Shown in pieces: positions 12,894 to 24,883 of a DNA stretch of 64,000 nucleotides; the stretch's first letter is position 1; every line of letters begins with the position of its first letter. A model generated the notes under the pieces. That model worked only from the letters and a program-made list of their open reading frames with translations. It did not search any database and was not told where the DNA came from. The translations under genes and the position numbers were made by a program. Origin of the DNA: Pseudovirgaria hyperparasitica (taxonomy: Eukaryota); NCBI GenBank assembly GCA_010093815.1, contig ML996566.1. The stretch is one strand, 5' to 3'.

Positions 12894-13709
12894 ATGCGGA
12901 ATGCAGTAATATCTGGGACTTTTCTGCTATCTGTCCTGGCAGCAGCAAACACCGACGAAGTCTACGCACCCTTCGACGAGCCAACCTTCGCCATTCTCGA
13001 AGATGTATCGGCAGACACCCACGATATCTCCCCAATGCGCGAGCTGCTAAGACGACAGAATGGATGCGATAGTGGATACACAAATTGTGGTAACCTAGGA
13101 GCAGCAGGTGCATGCTGCCGTCCAAACCAAGTCTGCTCAGCAGATTCACAAGGCCATGTAGGCTGTTGTCCTATCGGCGCAGCATGCACAGGCTCACTTG
13201 GGGGCTCAGCACCGACTGCAGGTTCCTCGTCGCCTACATTTATCTTCCCCTCAGGTACAGCTGCAACCACTACACAAGGCTTTTCAGTGGGTGATCCAAC
13301 CGGGGTTAGCGACGCGCCTTATAGTTACTCGACGGTGTCCAATCAATATTATCCGATACTCTATATACCCACAACTTACACCAACGCAGCCGCGTGCTCT
13401 TCGGCGTACTCGAGTCTTCAAACCGCTGTGGCGTCTTGTACAGCTGCTCTAGCAGGAGGAGCAAACGGTGTAACGATAAATGCTCCTAACGGCGGGATTA
13501 CTGTCGCCCCTATCACGGCGAGTCTGGATCTTCCTCAGGCGAGCTCGGTATGTTCGAGCTTGAGCTCAAGAGCAGGATTCGGTCTTGTGGTCGAAGCGTG
13601 CGGGAACTTTGGCAATGGTGGATCGGGAGCTGCGGGCAAGAACTGCAAAGGGTCTATATACGGCATTGGAGCAGGTCTCGCTGTGGGTGTTGCAGGCCAG
13701 ATGCTATGA
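12894..13709 (+). CDS. Putative GPI-anchored or cell-wall Cys/Ser/Thr-rich protein
   Basis: Signal peptide MRNAVISGTFLLSVLAAA, LLRRQ Kex2-like site, Cys cluster (C..GY..C...GACC...C...GCCPIGAAC) and a hydrophobic C-terminus. Confidence 0.8.
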   Translation: MRNAVISGTFLLSVLAAANTDEVYAPFDEPTFAILEDVSADTHDISPMRELLRRQNGCDSGYTNCGNLGAAGACCRPNQVCSADSQGHVGCCPIGAACTGSLGGSAPTAGSSSPTFIFPSGTAATTTQGFSVGDPTGVSDAPYSYSTVSNQYYPILYIPTTYTNAAACSSAYSSLQTAVASCTAALAGGANGVTINAPNGGITVAPITASLDLPQASSVCSSLSSRAGFGLVVEACGNFGNGGSGAAGKNCKGSIYGIGAGLAVGVAGQML

Positions 13710-13956
13710 AGCTATTTTTTGAGATTGCGTAAACATGCAGCAATTCTATTATAGCAGGATGCTATATTTGTCTCTTTGAATGTGAGACCCTGAACGGTCG
13801 AATATCGAGCTTTAGCGACTGCGGGGTTAAAGTAATTTAGTGTGTACTTCTACCTTAAGGTTGGGATGTAAGATCATGAGATTTCCACACTACAGCTCAC
13901 ACATTACTCAAATTTCCTTGCAACGTCTTCTCTAGCTGCACCTATTGAATGCCGCA

Positions 13957-15008
13957 ATGCAGTCCGGTAATCAGTCCAAATATGCCATTCACGAAGCTGC
14001 CCGCGAGGGTCGAAGTAAGTATTTGCGGCGAAACCGGACACCCCCGAGAACACCATCCATCCACTGACATCCCAAACAGCAGCCGAAGTCGAATCTCTTC
14101 TAAATGTACGTACGATGACCACTAAAACCAACAGCCCCACCGCCACCAGCTCAAACTCACATCCTGTCCAGGCAAACCCAAAACTCGCCTCGCGCCGCGA
14201 CGAAGATGATCGCCTCCCCCTCCACTGGGCCGTGTCCTACAACCGCACGCCGATAATCACACTATTAATGGACAGCCCAGGCTTCGACGTCGACGCAAAA
14301 GTAAAGACCACCCAACAGCCGTCATGCTCGCTCTCCTGCCTCCTCACATAGACAGGAGCTCACTGACCGGTGACGCAGGACGGCTCCGGCTGGACGGCAC
14401 TCATGATGGCATCCAGCGTGAAAGACGGCGAGGACATGGTCGCCGTCCTGCTCGCCAAAGGCGCAGACGTGAATCTGAAGAGTAACGTTCACACATGCAC
14501 GCTGCACGCACGTCGTGTGCGCGTGACAAGGTAACAGTACTGACATGTCCTTGCAGACAACAACGGTCAGACTGCCCTGCATTTTACCGCCTCGAAGACC
14601 AATCTCGATATTGCACGCACACTCGTTGCTGCTGGCGCAACTGCTCGTGTCAAGGACAAGCGCCAGCAGCTCCCCCTTCATCGTGCCGCGGCCGTCGGGT
14701 CTGTGCCTATGCTCAAGCTCCTGCTTGAGAACAAGAGTCCTGTCAATGCGACAGATATAGACGGGATGACGGCTCTGCACCATGCGGTGTCCGAAGGGCA
14801 TGGCGACGCGGCGTTGTTGCTGATGAAGGAGGGCGCGGAGACGGATAAGAGGACTGGTGACGGGGTGCTGGCGATTGATCTTGCGCCAGATGCAAAGGTT
14901 TGTACTGCGAAAGGAGGGTCCAAGGGAATTGGCTGACAACATATACAGATCCGTAATTTCATCCTGAGCAGCGCCGAGCGCGAGGGCATTGATATAACAG
15001 AGTCGTAG
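13957..15008 (+). CDS. NAS6: Ankyrin-repeat proteasome assembly chaperone (Nas6/gankyrin), ~6 exons
   Basis: MQSGNQSKYAIHEAAREGR...DEDDRLPLHWAVS...DGSGWTALMMASS...GQTALHF...QLPLHRAAAVGS...DGMTALHHAVSEGHGDAA. Introns are canonical. Confidence 0.88.
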
Positions 15009-15134
15009 CTAATCTATACTGCGCGCTACATATGCAAAACGTAGTCCAAGCGCATTCTGTATGCTCGCTCGCTCGCTCAAAACGCAGTCGCGTTAAGCAA
15101 GATCCAACAAGACCCGAGACGCCGAAATTTCCAG

Positions 15135-17860
15135 CTAAGACATGGTCCGCTCAACCAAGTCCCTATAAATATTCTTCAGGTCCTGGACATCATTCGTCAA
15201 CTCATCCACACGCTCGCTCTTCTCACCCAGCATCTCTAGCGTCGTCTGGTACCGTGCATCTACCTGCTTGACCTCTTCCTCGAGCCGTGCTACACGCTCG
15301 TCTGCGGCGCGCTTCTCCTCAACTTCGCGCATGAGTGCGACGACTTCATTTCGCGCCTCGTCGCGTTGTGCAAGCATTCGTGCCATTTCTTCTTTTGTGG
15401 CCGCCTTTTCGCTCTCGAGTCTGCGCACCGCAGCACTCATGCGCTCCACGAGTTGGACTGAGGGACCGGCGCCGGCGGTGCTGGCGGATATGACATCGTT
15501 GATGGTCGGACGCGGCGAGGAGATGGTGTCGAAATCCTCGTCCATTATGGGGTGGATCGAGGGTGCATGGTTCAAGCCACCGTTCATGTTGGAGAGCGAG
15601 GGCGTGGAGTCTTGGCGCTTGGGTGTCGTTTCAGGGGTTCGCACAGGCATACTAGGACTGCGGCGACTTTCTGGTCTTGTTCCCACGGTTCGTCGATTGT
15701 GAAGACCACCACTGAGACCGAAACCTGGGAAGTCGGCGTTGGATTGCTTGCGCATGTAGGACGATGCCGGGGCGCCGGGAGATTCAGCGCGGAGGAACGA
15801 TGCATCGGTCGGGGTGTGATTCATCATCTCGGACTTCCACTTTGCCTTTTCCATGTCTAGTCTCTGAGTGAGCTCTGCGTCCCATACTTTTTTCTGGCGA
15901 TCAAAGTCGGACTTCGTATCCTGTAGCTCTGCCTCGATCTCAGCCGATTTGCTTTCGAAGCGCTGGGCAGCTTTGCGATGCTCGTGGACATCTTGCTCTA
16001 GCGTCCTCGCTCGCTCGTTCACGGACTCAAGCTCGTCTTCTAGTTTGCGAGCTTTCGCGTTGACATCGCGAGCTTTCCGGCGAATATCGTTTTCCCGCTT
16101 CGACACATCGTCCCGCTCCTTCTCGAGGGCTGCGACCCGCGAGGTGAGGGTACTTTCAATGCCTTGCCAGTTTTCGCTCGCTAGAGCGTACTGGGTTTGA
16201 AGCGTTTCGATTTGACGGAGGAGTTTGGTCTGAGAGTCGCCGGTGGAGGAGACTTCTTCTGTGCGAGAGCGCAGAACTTCAAGCTTGGTTTCAAGATTCT
16301 GTCAAAGAATATTAGTTAGGCAACAAATACGTTCTGACACGGATAGCTCACCGAGATTTCGCTTTTGAGCTCCATCTCTACGACCTTTGACCTCTCCGAC
16401 TGCCGTGCGGCCTCCTCCTTGACATCTTGGACCTCTGTCTTCGCCCGATCCTCTGCAAGCTTCTTCTCAATCTTGATGTCTTCCAGCTCCTCATTGAGTT
16501 TCGCCACAGTGCGTCGTTCGGCCTCCAGAGCTCCAGATTGGGCCTTTTTCTCTGCCTGCTCTGCCCGAGTCACGCTGTCAGCTAGTTGCTTCCGCAATTC
16601 TGTAATAGTAATCGACGCGCTCTCTTTCTCTCGCTTTATTTCCTCAACATCTTTCTCTATGCGCGCTACGATCTTCAACTTCTCCTGAGATAGTTTTTCG
16701 GCAGCTTCTGCGCGTCTCGTTCGTTCGCGCTCTTCCACAGTGATTTCTTCTGCCTTGGTGACTCGCCGCTTGAGGTCCGCAATCTCTATGTCCTGCTCTC
16801 CAATTTTTACTCGTAGCTTTTTGATCAGACCGGATTGCTGCAACTCCTTTTTCGACAATTTCTCGCCCTCTTTCAGCAGCCCAGCAATCTGATTGTCCTT
16901 CTCCGCTAGTTTCTTCTCTGGTGATGAAGCAGGCGCAGCTTCCGCTGAGGCTTTCGAGGTCGCTGATAGTTGGTCGGATAGGTAATTAAGCTTGGATTGA
17001 AGAGCATCAATGCGCTCCAAGTGAGAAGTGATCTCAGCCTGGTGCTCTTCAAGAGTCTGTGTATGAGCCCTCTGGAGCATGGTCAGCTCGCTATCAAGGG
17101 TGGTGGGCGATTTAGGTCGCGGTTGTGAAGCCACTTGCGCATCCTCTGCAGGGAGGTTTATTGCAGGCACATTTGGGTTCGCCTCCTCTACGGCGATTGG
17201 CGCAACCGAAGCTGAATCCTGAGATATTTGAGGGAGGTCTTCGGGATCATTGATAGTAGTAATCGTTGCGCTTGGTTGTATATCTGCTGCCTTTGGCGTA
17301 TCTTCATTGATGCTCGCGACTTCCTCGATCTTGGACTTCTCTTCCACTATTTCTTCAGTTTTCTCCTCATCCTTGGTATCCGGTTCAGAGGATGTTGGTA
17401 TGTTGTCAGAGTTCACCTGATTAAGCGCCTTGATGATTTCAGAGGTCCTCGAGTCTATACTCGACCGTGTTGTGTCTGCTATAACCGGACTGGCCGTTCG
17501 TTGTATTTCCACAGAGGGTCTGCTCGCACTCGGCGATCGACCTTGAGTGGCCCTCTCAAGCTTCTCTTGTAATCTACTCTTCTGCACAGCCGCGGCTGAT
17601 CTACTCTGCGAACCGGCCCTCGACATGCCTTCAGCCCAGGTCAGCATGCTGAAACACCTTCAGATACGATGTATTGGCGACAAACCTTGCTCTGGCTTTG
17701 GCTGTTCAGCTACAGCTGCTTTCGCAGCCTTTGCCTGTTTAGCCTCCAATTCAAGCTGTCTGGTCTTCGCCGAAGCTCCATCTTCTTCGCCTAGTACTTT
17801 ATCTAGGCGGTTCTCCAGCCCGCTGACCGCAGCGGTCGCCCACGAGGACCATTTGCTCAT
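15135..17860 (-). CDS. SGM1: TMF1/Sgm1-family golgin (coiled coil), 3 exons
   Basis: Long coiled coil with IAGLLKEGEKLSKKEL and a C-terminal GPSVQLVERMSAAVRRLESE...YQTTLEMLGEKSERVDEL..DVQDLKNIYR, typical of TMF domains. Confidence 0.85.
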
Positions 17861-19103
17861 CCTCAACTACGTGGATGCAAACGCAATAGGTGGCCAGATG
17901 TCGTACTACAGTTGTGCAGGCGACAGGCTGCAATTGCTATGCATGACGTTCTAGAAGCTCTACAGCAGTAGGGTACCGGGAAACGAGCAAAGTCGATGGG
18001 ATGCAGGAGATGCGGTGGACTGGAAATCGGCGCGCACAGAACGAGTGGATGGCTCCGTGAGCAAGCTGGAGCACAAGGCGCGGCGGATGGTGACAGGCGG
18101 TTGTGTATATGTGTTCCGTTGTCTGAGAGTGGTGTTACGCGGCGAGGATTGAATGAGCAGTTGTAACCTGGTCAGCCTGTTTCAGCGCTAGCGTCGGTTC
18201 TCTTGCGACGGCATGTGGGGCCAGTGAGTGACCAGCTCTCTAAGGTTCTATCAAAAACGTCCCAGCCTGTTGCTACGCTTCTGTGCACACTATGAAATTA
18301 AGCAGGTAATCGGGCTTTCACAATGGACCAGTGTAGCTTTTATATTTCCGCATAGCGTCAGGCGCAAGTTTGACCGTGCCACAATGCAGCATAGGTATGG
18401 CGCTTATGAAGTCGATGAGTACTATTTTCGGACCACACTGCGCCAATTTGCTATGCTGTTATTGGAGAACCTGTAAGGAACAGTGTGGAGATGTTTCTTA
18501 GTTCTAGCACTATGCTTGGAGTCTGTTTCTAGATTCCCCAATCTTGTCTTCTAAAGGTGCCGTTTATGCATACAGACTGCGACAACGTGCTCACCTTCAA
18601 CACCACATTTCTCTCGTCTTTTCAATCCAAGTAACAGCACAAACAGGGAATCGGTCAAGTGTCCCAGAGAGCCGGAATACAAGGCCCCAGAATACACACC
18701 CACCCAATCTGATATCACAAGCGTCTGTACATTCGCGCAATGTCATTTACGATATCCCCAGCATTGCGCTTCCCACTTCTGAGCTGGAAGCCCGAATCTG
18801 TACTGAGAGAAGCTCGCTCAATTAGTGTCGTCGTTAGAGCTTGATCTTATCACAAGTCTATTATACTACCTGAAGCCATATGTCATTTTTGGAGATGTCT
18901 GGACAGATTCACTCGGTCGATATAATTGATAGACCGGAGTAAAGCCATGAATCATGGGTTCACTAGCAATTCAGATTGATAGAAGACAAGAACCTATGCA
19001 AAGAAGTCAATGTTTACCTTTTGACGCCCCGTTTGCTCTCTCCAAATTACAGACGCCCCATCCCTCCGACCGTATGAACTCCTCGCTCCATTCAACAAGT
19101 CTC

Positions 19104-20385
19104 TCAATTGTTATTCTCAAGAAGATGACACCACTCTGGAATATCCTTGATGAGCGTCCACATGAACTTCTCCAGCTTCACTGCACACTTCGCGTACACA
19201 GTTGTAGCATCATTGTACTCTCGGCAATTCGATAGGACCAACTTCAGATCATCAACGATTTCCTTTGGCGTACTGTAAGAGCCGCTCTCGAGCCTCTCCT
19301 CCATGGTAGACAGGTCCATGGGGTGAGCTATGGCAATATAGTAACCAGGAACTTCGTCTTTGTTGACGGGCTGAAGAAAGGGCCATGCTTGCTTATGGTT
19401 TGAGATCTCACTTAGGAAGCGTCGGAAGACATTGAAATGAGGTCCGCGACATGGTTCCCGTGCTAGCTCGTCCATCGCTGGGGTCCAGCCAGTGGCTTTG
19501 ATTGCAGGGATAGAGTAGGGGTCGATCCGAGTAATATTCCCGCTGGCCCATTGCTGAGGCGGCACATAGACAACGTGGCTTTGGCTCAGGATGCGGAGTT
19601 TCGCTTGCACAGCTTCTTTCTGTTTCAAAAGCATGCGGCCAGCCTGAAGATAGCGGATTCGGGGGAGCATAGTGCACTGCATGAGAGTTCCCCCATCATA
19701 ATCCTTGATATATCCCCCCCAAACGGACTTAGGCAGTGTAATGTGCTTTGTAAACCCTTGCTTTCGGAAATAGCCCGTTGCAAGATTGTCAGCATAAGTC
19801 AGAAAATGCATGATTGGAGAAGTAGCCCGGACATAGTCTTTTAGGTGAGCCATTATGTGTGCTCCATACCCTTTATCCTGTTGATCCATAGAAACTGCAC
19901 AGAAAACGATTTCTGCAAATTGGCGAACAGCGAATTCACGAATTGATATTCCGGCAATGACTTCAAGGGGCATTTTGACTATGGCAAGAGATAGATGCGT
20001 GCGATCGTAAACAAGACGTGCGATATAATCTTTGGGCATGTTCGGCAGTTGCTTATGAAATAGATTTTTAAGCCCGGTCAAGATGATTGTGCTTTCTCTG
20101 GAAGCATCGTTGTGGACCACTCGAAGCTCGATTTCTCCATTTCGTTCTTCTATGACTGCAGGCTGACAATGGATTAGCTAGCTTTTTGCAAAAGTAGTAT
20201 GTGGTCAGTATGCCTACCTTTTCCGGGAGAGCAACGCCCCACTCGTTTGGGGCGGGTTGACTCTCCGTGTCAGCCAATCTATTGTCTAGGAACTCAACCC
20301 TTTTAGGTCCGGGGCTTGGGTGCGACTCTTGGGAGGCCTTGCGCTTCACAAGAGCAGGAGTAGACTGCAAATCAGCGCTATCCAT
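19104..20385 (-). CDS. GCN5: Gcn5-family histone acetyltransferase (GNAT domain plus bromodomain), divergent copy, 2 exons
   Basis: [29 protein letters not shown] (catalytic Glu), [25 protein letters not shown]. Bromodomain AWPFLQPV...YY...PMDLSTM...NCREYN. Intron ~20218-20164. Confidence 0.93.
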
Positions 20386-21111
20386 GACCAAAGTCGTAGG
20401 TCAGCCCGGAGGTTCAAATCATGAGAGTAGCAGTATGTCGTATGTGCAGTGAGAATGTGGTTTGTTTACAATTTATATTCGTTTCGCCAGTCCAAGGAGC
20501 ATCGGGCCGCGATTTATCCGCAATTAGGGCCTTGTATTGCACTAGCCACCTGAAGCCCTGCAGGAGCGTGACAGCCACATTGCTTTAATTAGAACTAGAA
20601 CCCTAGAACTCAATCACCACGATCAAGTTGTAACTGAAGATAATCAACAAATAGCTGTTTCGACAGATCCTTACTCGGTATCAGCATAGCAGTACACTCT
20701 ACGACGAGGATTGAGGAAAAGATGGGATGTGAGGGCATCCCGTAATATGGTAAGCGTACAGATACGAATAAATCGTAGAAGAGCTGTTGGGTATACATAT
20801 GGATGCATTGGGAGATGTACTGGTGAGATTATAAAGGTAGAAAAGTGGAAAGGCAGGGGTGTTGGCATATTGGGAAAGGGGAGGCAAGGTTGGAGTGCTG
20901 CAGACTTGTAATTGCGGACTTGTTTTGAAGCATATCAGGGGAGAATTCCGGTCGTAAGGAATACTTATGCGGGGATGGATGTAGATGCAGAGACGTCGCG
21001 ATATGAGCAACGTGATCGCTGCGCTTGAACTAAGAATATGATAGTATTTCAGATGCGTCCAGCGAGAATTCGGAATCGATTGGGTCTCCGACAGTAGATT
21101 CGTTCTGGTAT

Positions 21112-23066
21112 CTATAGCTTGACACTCTTCACCAAGCCCTTCTTGATACCAGTCAATTCTCCCTTGTAGCCTCCCCTGCCCTCGCCCCCACTGTACACCG
21201 GCTTCATACTCTTCAACTTCTTTTTCTTCTCGTCGTACTTTTTGCGCTTCTTTACACGAGGATTACGGACATCCTTCTTCCGTTTTGGCGTCAGACCCTT
21301 ATTCTTAGAGATCTGGTAGCTGATTTCACGCCTTCCGTCCGGACCAATGACCTCCTCTTGGATGACCTCGCCTCCCTCGCGAGCAGCCTGTGCGAATGCC
21401 TCCGCGCGGTCTTGCTTGTCAAGTTTGCGCTTCTTGGATCGAGCGGCAACCATATCGTAGTATTCGTCGTCATCGCTTTTGTCGTCGCCCCTAATCTCAC
21501 GAGCTTGCTTGTGGTCCTCTTCGTCGCTTTCGCCTCCGAGATCATCCCCCTTTTGATTTTTTCCCCGTTTGACTGCTTCCGCGTTAAGCCGCTGTTGACG
21601 ATCGCGAAGGCGCTCACGATGGGGAACATCCATATCTCCACCATAGTCTCGCCTTGACGCATCCCTTTTGTTGGACTTCTGGGTGATTTGGGAGGTGTAA
21701 AACTTGAGACTCTTCCGCTTTTTAGCTTTCTCAGCGAGTTCCTCTGCAGTCAGGTCGATCTCATCGCCCAAGTCCGAGTCATCCTCTGCATTTTTCGATG
21801 GATTGATCTGTGGCTCGGAGAATTTCTTTGACTTGATTTGCTTCGTTAGTGAAGACAAAGCAGCCAAATCTTCCTCCGTCTTCCGTTTTCTCTCTACTTT
21901 TCGAGCCTCAGCCTCAGCCTTGGCCTGTTGTACGGCCTTTTCGGCCTTTGTTTTCTTCTTGGACGTGGCAGCCTTCTTAGCGAGCGTAGTCTTACTTGGT
22001 TCTGGCGCTTTCATGGTGACTTCTTTCTCAGAGACTTCATCCACCTCTTCGATGTCAGAAAGCTCAGTGTCCTCGTCATCTTCGGCAAGATCCTTAACTC
22101 TGTTCCATATAGTCTGACATTGAATGAGCGTGTGTATAACAGGATGTTCACGAATTTCTTTTGGTGCCTTGGCGGTGATGATATTCTTGTCGTCGCTGAA
22201 AGTTGACGTCAACAAGGCGAAATACATCGCGATGGACGACAAGTATGAAGCCAGAGCTTGATATTTGATCATGCGCCTGGACGTATGTGAAGCCACGCCA
22301 AGCTTTTGTGCAGCAGCTACGGACACCGACAGACGGTTGTATGTAGGTTGTAGAGCCACGAGCTCCTTTGACAAGGGATCGAATTCGGGATAACGAGTTT
22401 TGAGCTCTTTGAGCTGCTCATCGCTGGACATGTCCGTGATTTTCTTTTGTGGGAGGACCTGAGTGACGACACCCTCGTCGTCGTCATCGATGTCCTTTTT
22501 GGCGCCGGCGGCCCATTCCTCTTCGTCGAAGCCATAGTCTGCATCGGTCATGCTTTGGAGCTGCTTCTTCTGCATCCTCAGGGCCTCCGCCTCTTCTTCC
22601 AATGCTTCTTCCTCTCTCTCGATTTCATCTGCACCATAATAATCATTCTTAGACTGACCCCAGCCCTGCTCGTCCAGGTCGTCTTCTGAATCTGCTTGAT
22701 CGGCGCCATCTTCCATATCATCATCGTCATCATCCTCTAGTTCATCCTCTTCAGATTCGCCCTCGCTATCGCTGGCTTCGGCATAGTTAAGAGCCTCTTC
22801 GTCTAGTTCTAGGAACTCATCTACGTAATGTTAGACGCATCGCACAGAAGCGCCAAAGAGCGAGACAAACCTTTTTCTCTCTGCTTCCGCTGCCTCTTGA
22901 CTTCCGGCCCTTCGTCCAATAGCACCTTATCCCGATTCAGCAAAAATTCGTCCTCCGAGTCTGCGACATCCTCGTAGGTCCGAATGTTCAGTTTGGAAGG
23001 CTTCTCCACCACATCTGTCTCGGGAATTTGCCCAGATGGCTTTCCCGCTTTCCTCTTCTTGCCCAT
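21112..23066 (-). CDS. SAS10: SSU processome subunit Sas10/Utp3, 2 exons
   Basis: Acidic N-terminus; C-terminal REISYQISKNKGLTPKRKKDVRNPRVKKRKKY...GYKGELTGIKKGLVKSVKL is the Sas10 C-terminal domain. Confidence 0.95.
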
Positions 23067-23331
23067 ATTTGAATGTGTGGTGTGTGTGTGGTGTAGACCC
23101 TTTCGGCAGGGATGCTTGCGGAGAGTTGATCATCACAAAAATTTCGTTTGACGTCGGGCGTCGGCACTTAACATGCGCCACACGCCACAGCCAGGGTCAA
23201 TTAGCTGGGGTTTATGGTCGCGTATACGCTAACACCTAAGTAACTACTAGCCGTGAATCTTCTTGGCTGACATTAATCTTAAGCAAGTAAGAAATGAACC
23301 ACAGCTCCCACTCTCCTCTTCCGCACGCTCG

Positions 23332-24600
23332 ATGGCTCTCGGTCTGTCCTGGACATCCGTCCTGCTACTGATTCTTATCATTCTACTCTCAATTGCCATC
23401 ATGGGCCTCTTCAGCTTCAAGAATCACCTGCCGGTAGAGGGCAGGGTACGTGAGCCCCCCATTGCGCAAAACACCATGCTAACGAGCGTTGTAGACAGTA
23501 CTCATAACAGGCGCATCGCAGGGCATGGGGAAATCCGCCGCATGCCAGATCTCCTCGCGCGGCGCAAACGTCATCATCGTCGCCCGCGACACCAAGAAGC
23601 TCGCCGCCGCCCTCACTGAAATCAAAGTACGCACGATCTAATCCCTACACGCTCATGCTCTCACAAACTCACTCGGCGCAACATGCTGACAAGCCAAACC
23701 ACTCAGGCCGCAGCAAAGAACCCCACAACCCAACGCTTCCTCTCCATCAGCGCAGACGTCACCCTCGCGTCCGAAAACACCCGCATCCTCGCCGAGTCGA
23801 CCGCCTGGAACAACGGCTTCCCGCCCGACATCGTATGGCAAATCGCCGGCGCGTCCAAGCCCACGCTGCTCCTAGACTCCTCCCTCGACACCATGCACGC
23901 CCAAATGGACCTCAACTACTGGGCCGCCGTATACCTCGCCCGCGAGACCATGACCGCCTGGCTAGCCGCATCCTCCTGTCCACAATCGTCGCAAAGCTCC
24001 TCCTCCTCCTCCTCTTCCGCCGCAGAGCCACTGCCCCGACATATCATACTCACGACATCCATCGCCGCCATGCTCGGCGTGGCAGGCTACGCCCCGTACT
24101 GCCCGGCCAAAGCCGCTATGCGCTCATTCGCAGACGCCATGCGTTCGGAGCTGAACCTGTACAATGGTGCGCGCCGCCAGGCCGACGCGCACCGCGACCC
24201 GGCGTATCCGCCGCCGCCGACGGAGATGCACATCCACCTCGTTGTGCCCGGCACCATTGACTCGCCGGGCCTGCAGCTGGAGAACGAGAGCAAGCACGAC
24301 ATCACGAATATGATTGAGGAAGTGGACCCAGTGCAGCACCCGGATGCCGTGGCTAGAGGCGCGATCCGCGGGCTGGAGGGCGGGCAGTATATTGTCATTC
24401 CGCATTGGTTTAATCGCTTCATGGCCGGGAGCAGTTGGCAGGGGAGTCCGCGGAGTAGTATGCTGGTTGATACGGTGCTGGGGCTGGTCACAGGCGTTGC
24501 GTGGCTGTTTGTCGGGCCGGATTTGGAAAGGCAGGTGTGGAACTATGGCAAGAGGTGGGGTCTGAAAGGGAGGCCTAAGGGGCACAAAGGTTGGACTTGA
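23332..24600 (+). CDS. TSC10: 3-ketodihydrosphingosine reductase, 3 exons
   Basis: N-terminal TM segment, MGLFSFKNHLPVEGR-TVLITGASQGMG, YAPYCPAK (YxxxK), PGTIDSPGLQLENESKHDIT, and a C-terminal hydrophobic segment. Confidence 0.85.
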
Positions 24601-24883
24601 ATGCGAGATTCGAGACTTGCTTTGTGGTCGGGATAATACAATCGACAAACACTGCACAATATAGACAAAAAGTGTCCGGGCGCCAGGCACTATAACAGGG
24701 CCGTGCACTGCATGCTATGCTACATGGATTAAATTTGTGTCATTAAAATTTTACTCGACACATCGCGAGCTATACCGTCTACATCTTACAACTTCCATCT
24801 ATATACCACGCCTACGCTATCAAACAAATGTGCCCGAACATCGCACGTAAACAGGAAACAGAAAACAGGGTATCTCAACATGC

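Noticed and set aside
23332..24600. TSC10, NAS6 or RPL26 as self-resistance genes for the NRPS
   Set aside because: They look like ordinary intron-containing housekeeping copies 13-30 kb away, with no sign of duplication in the window.
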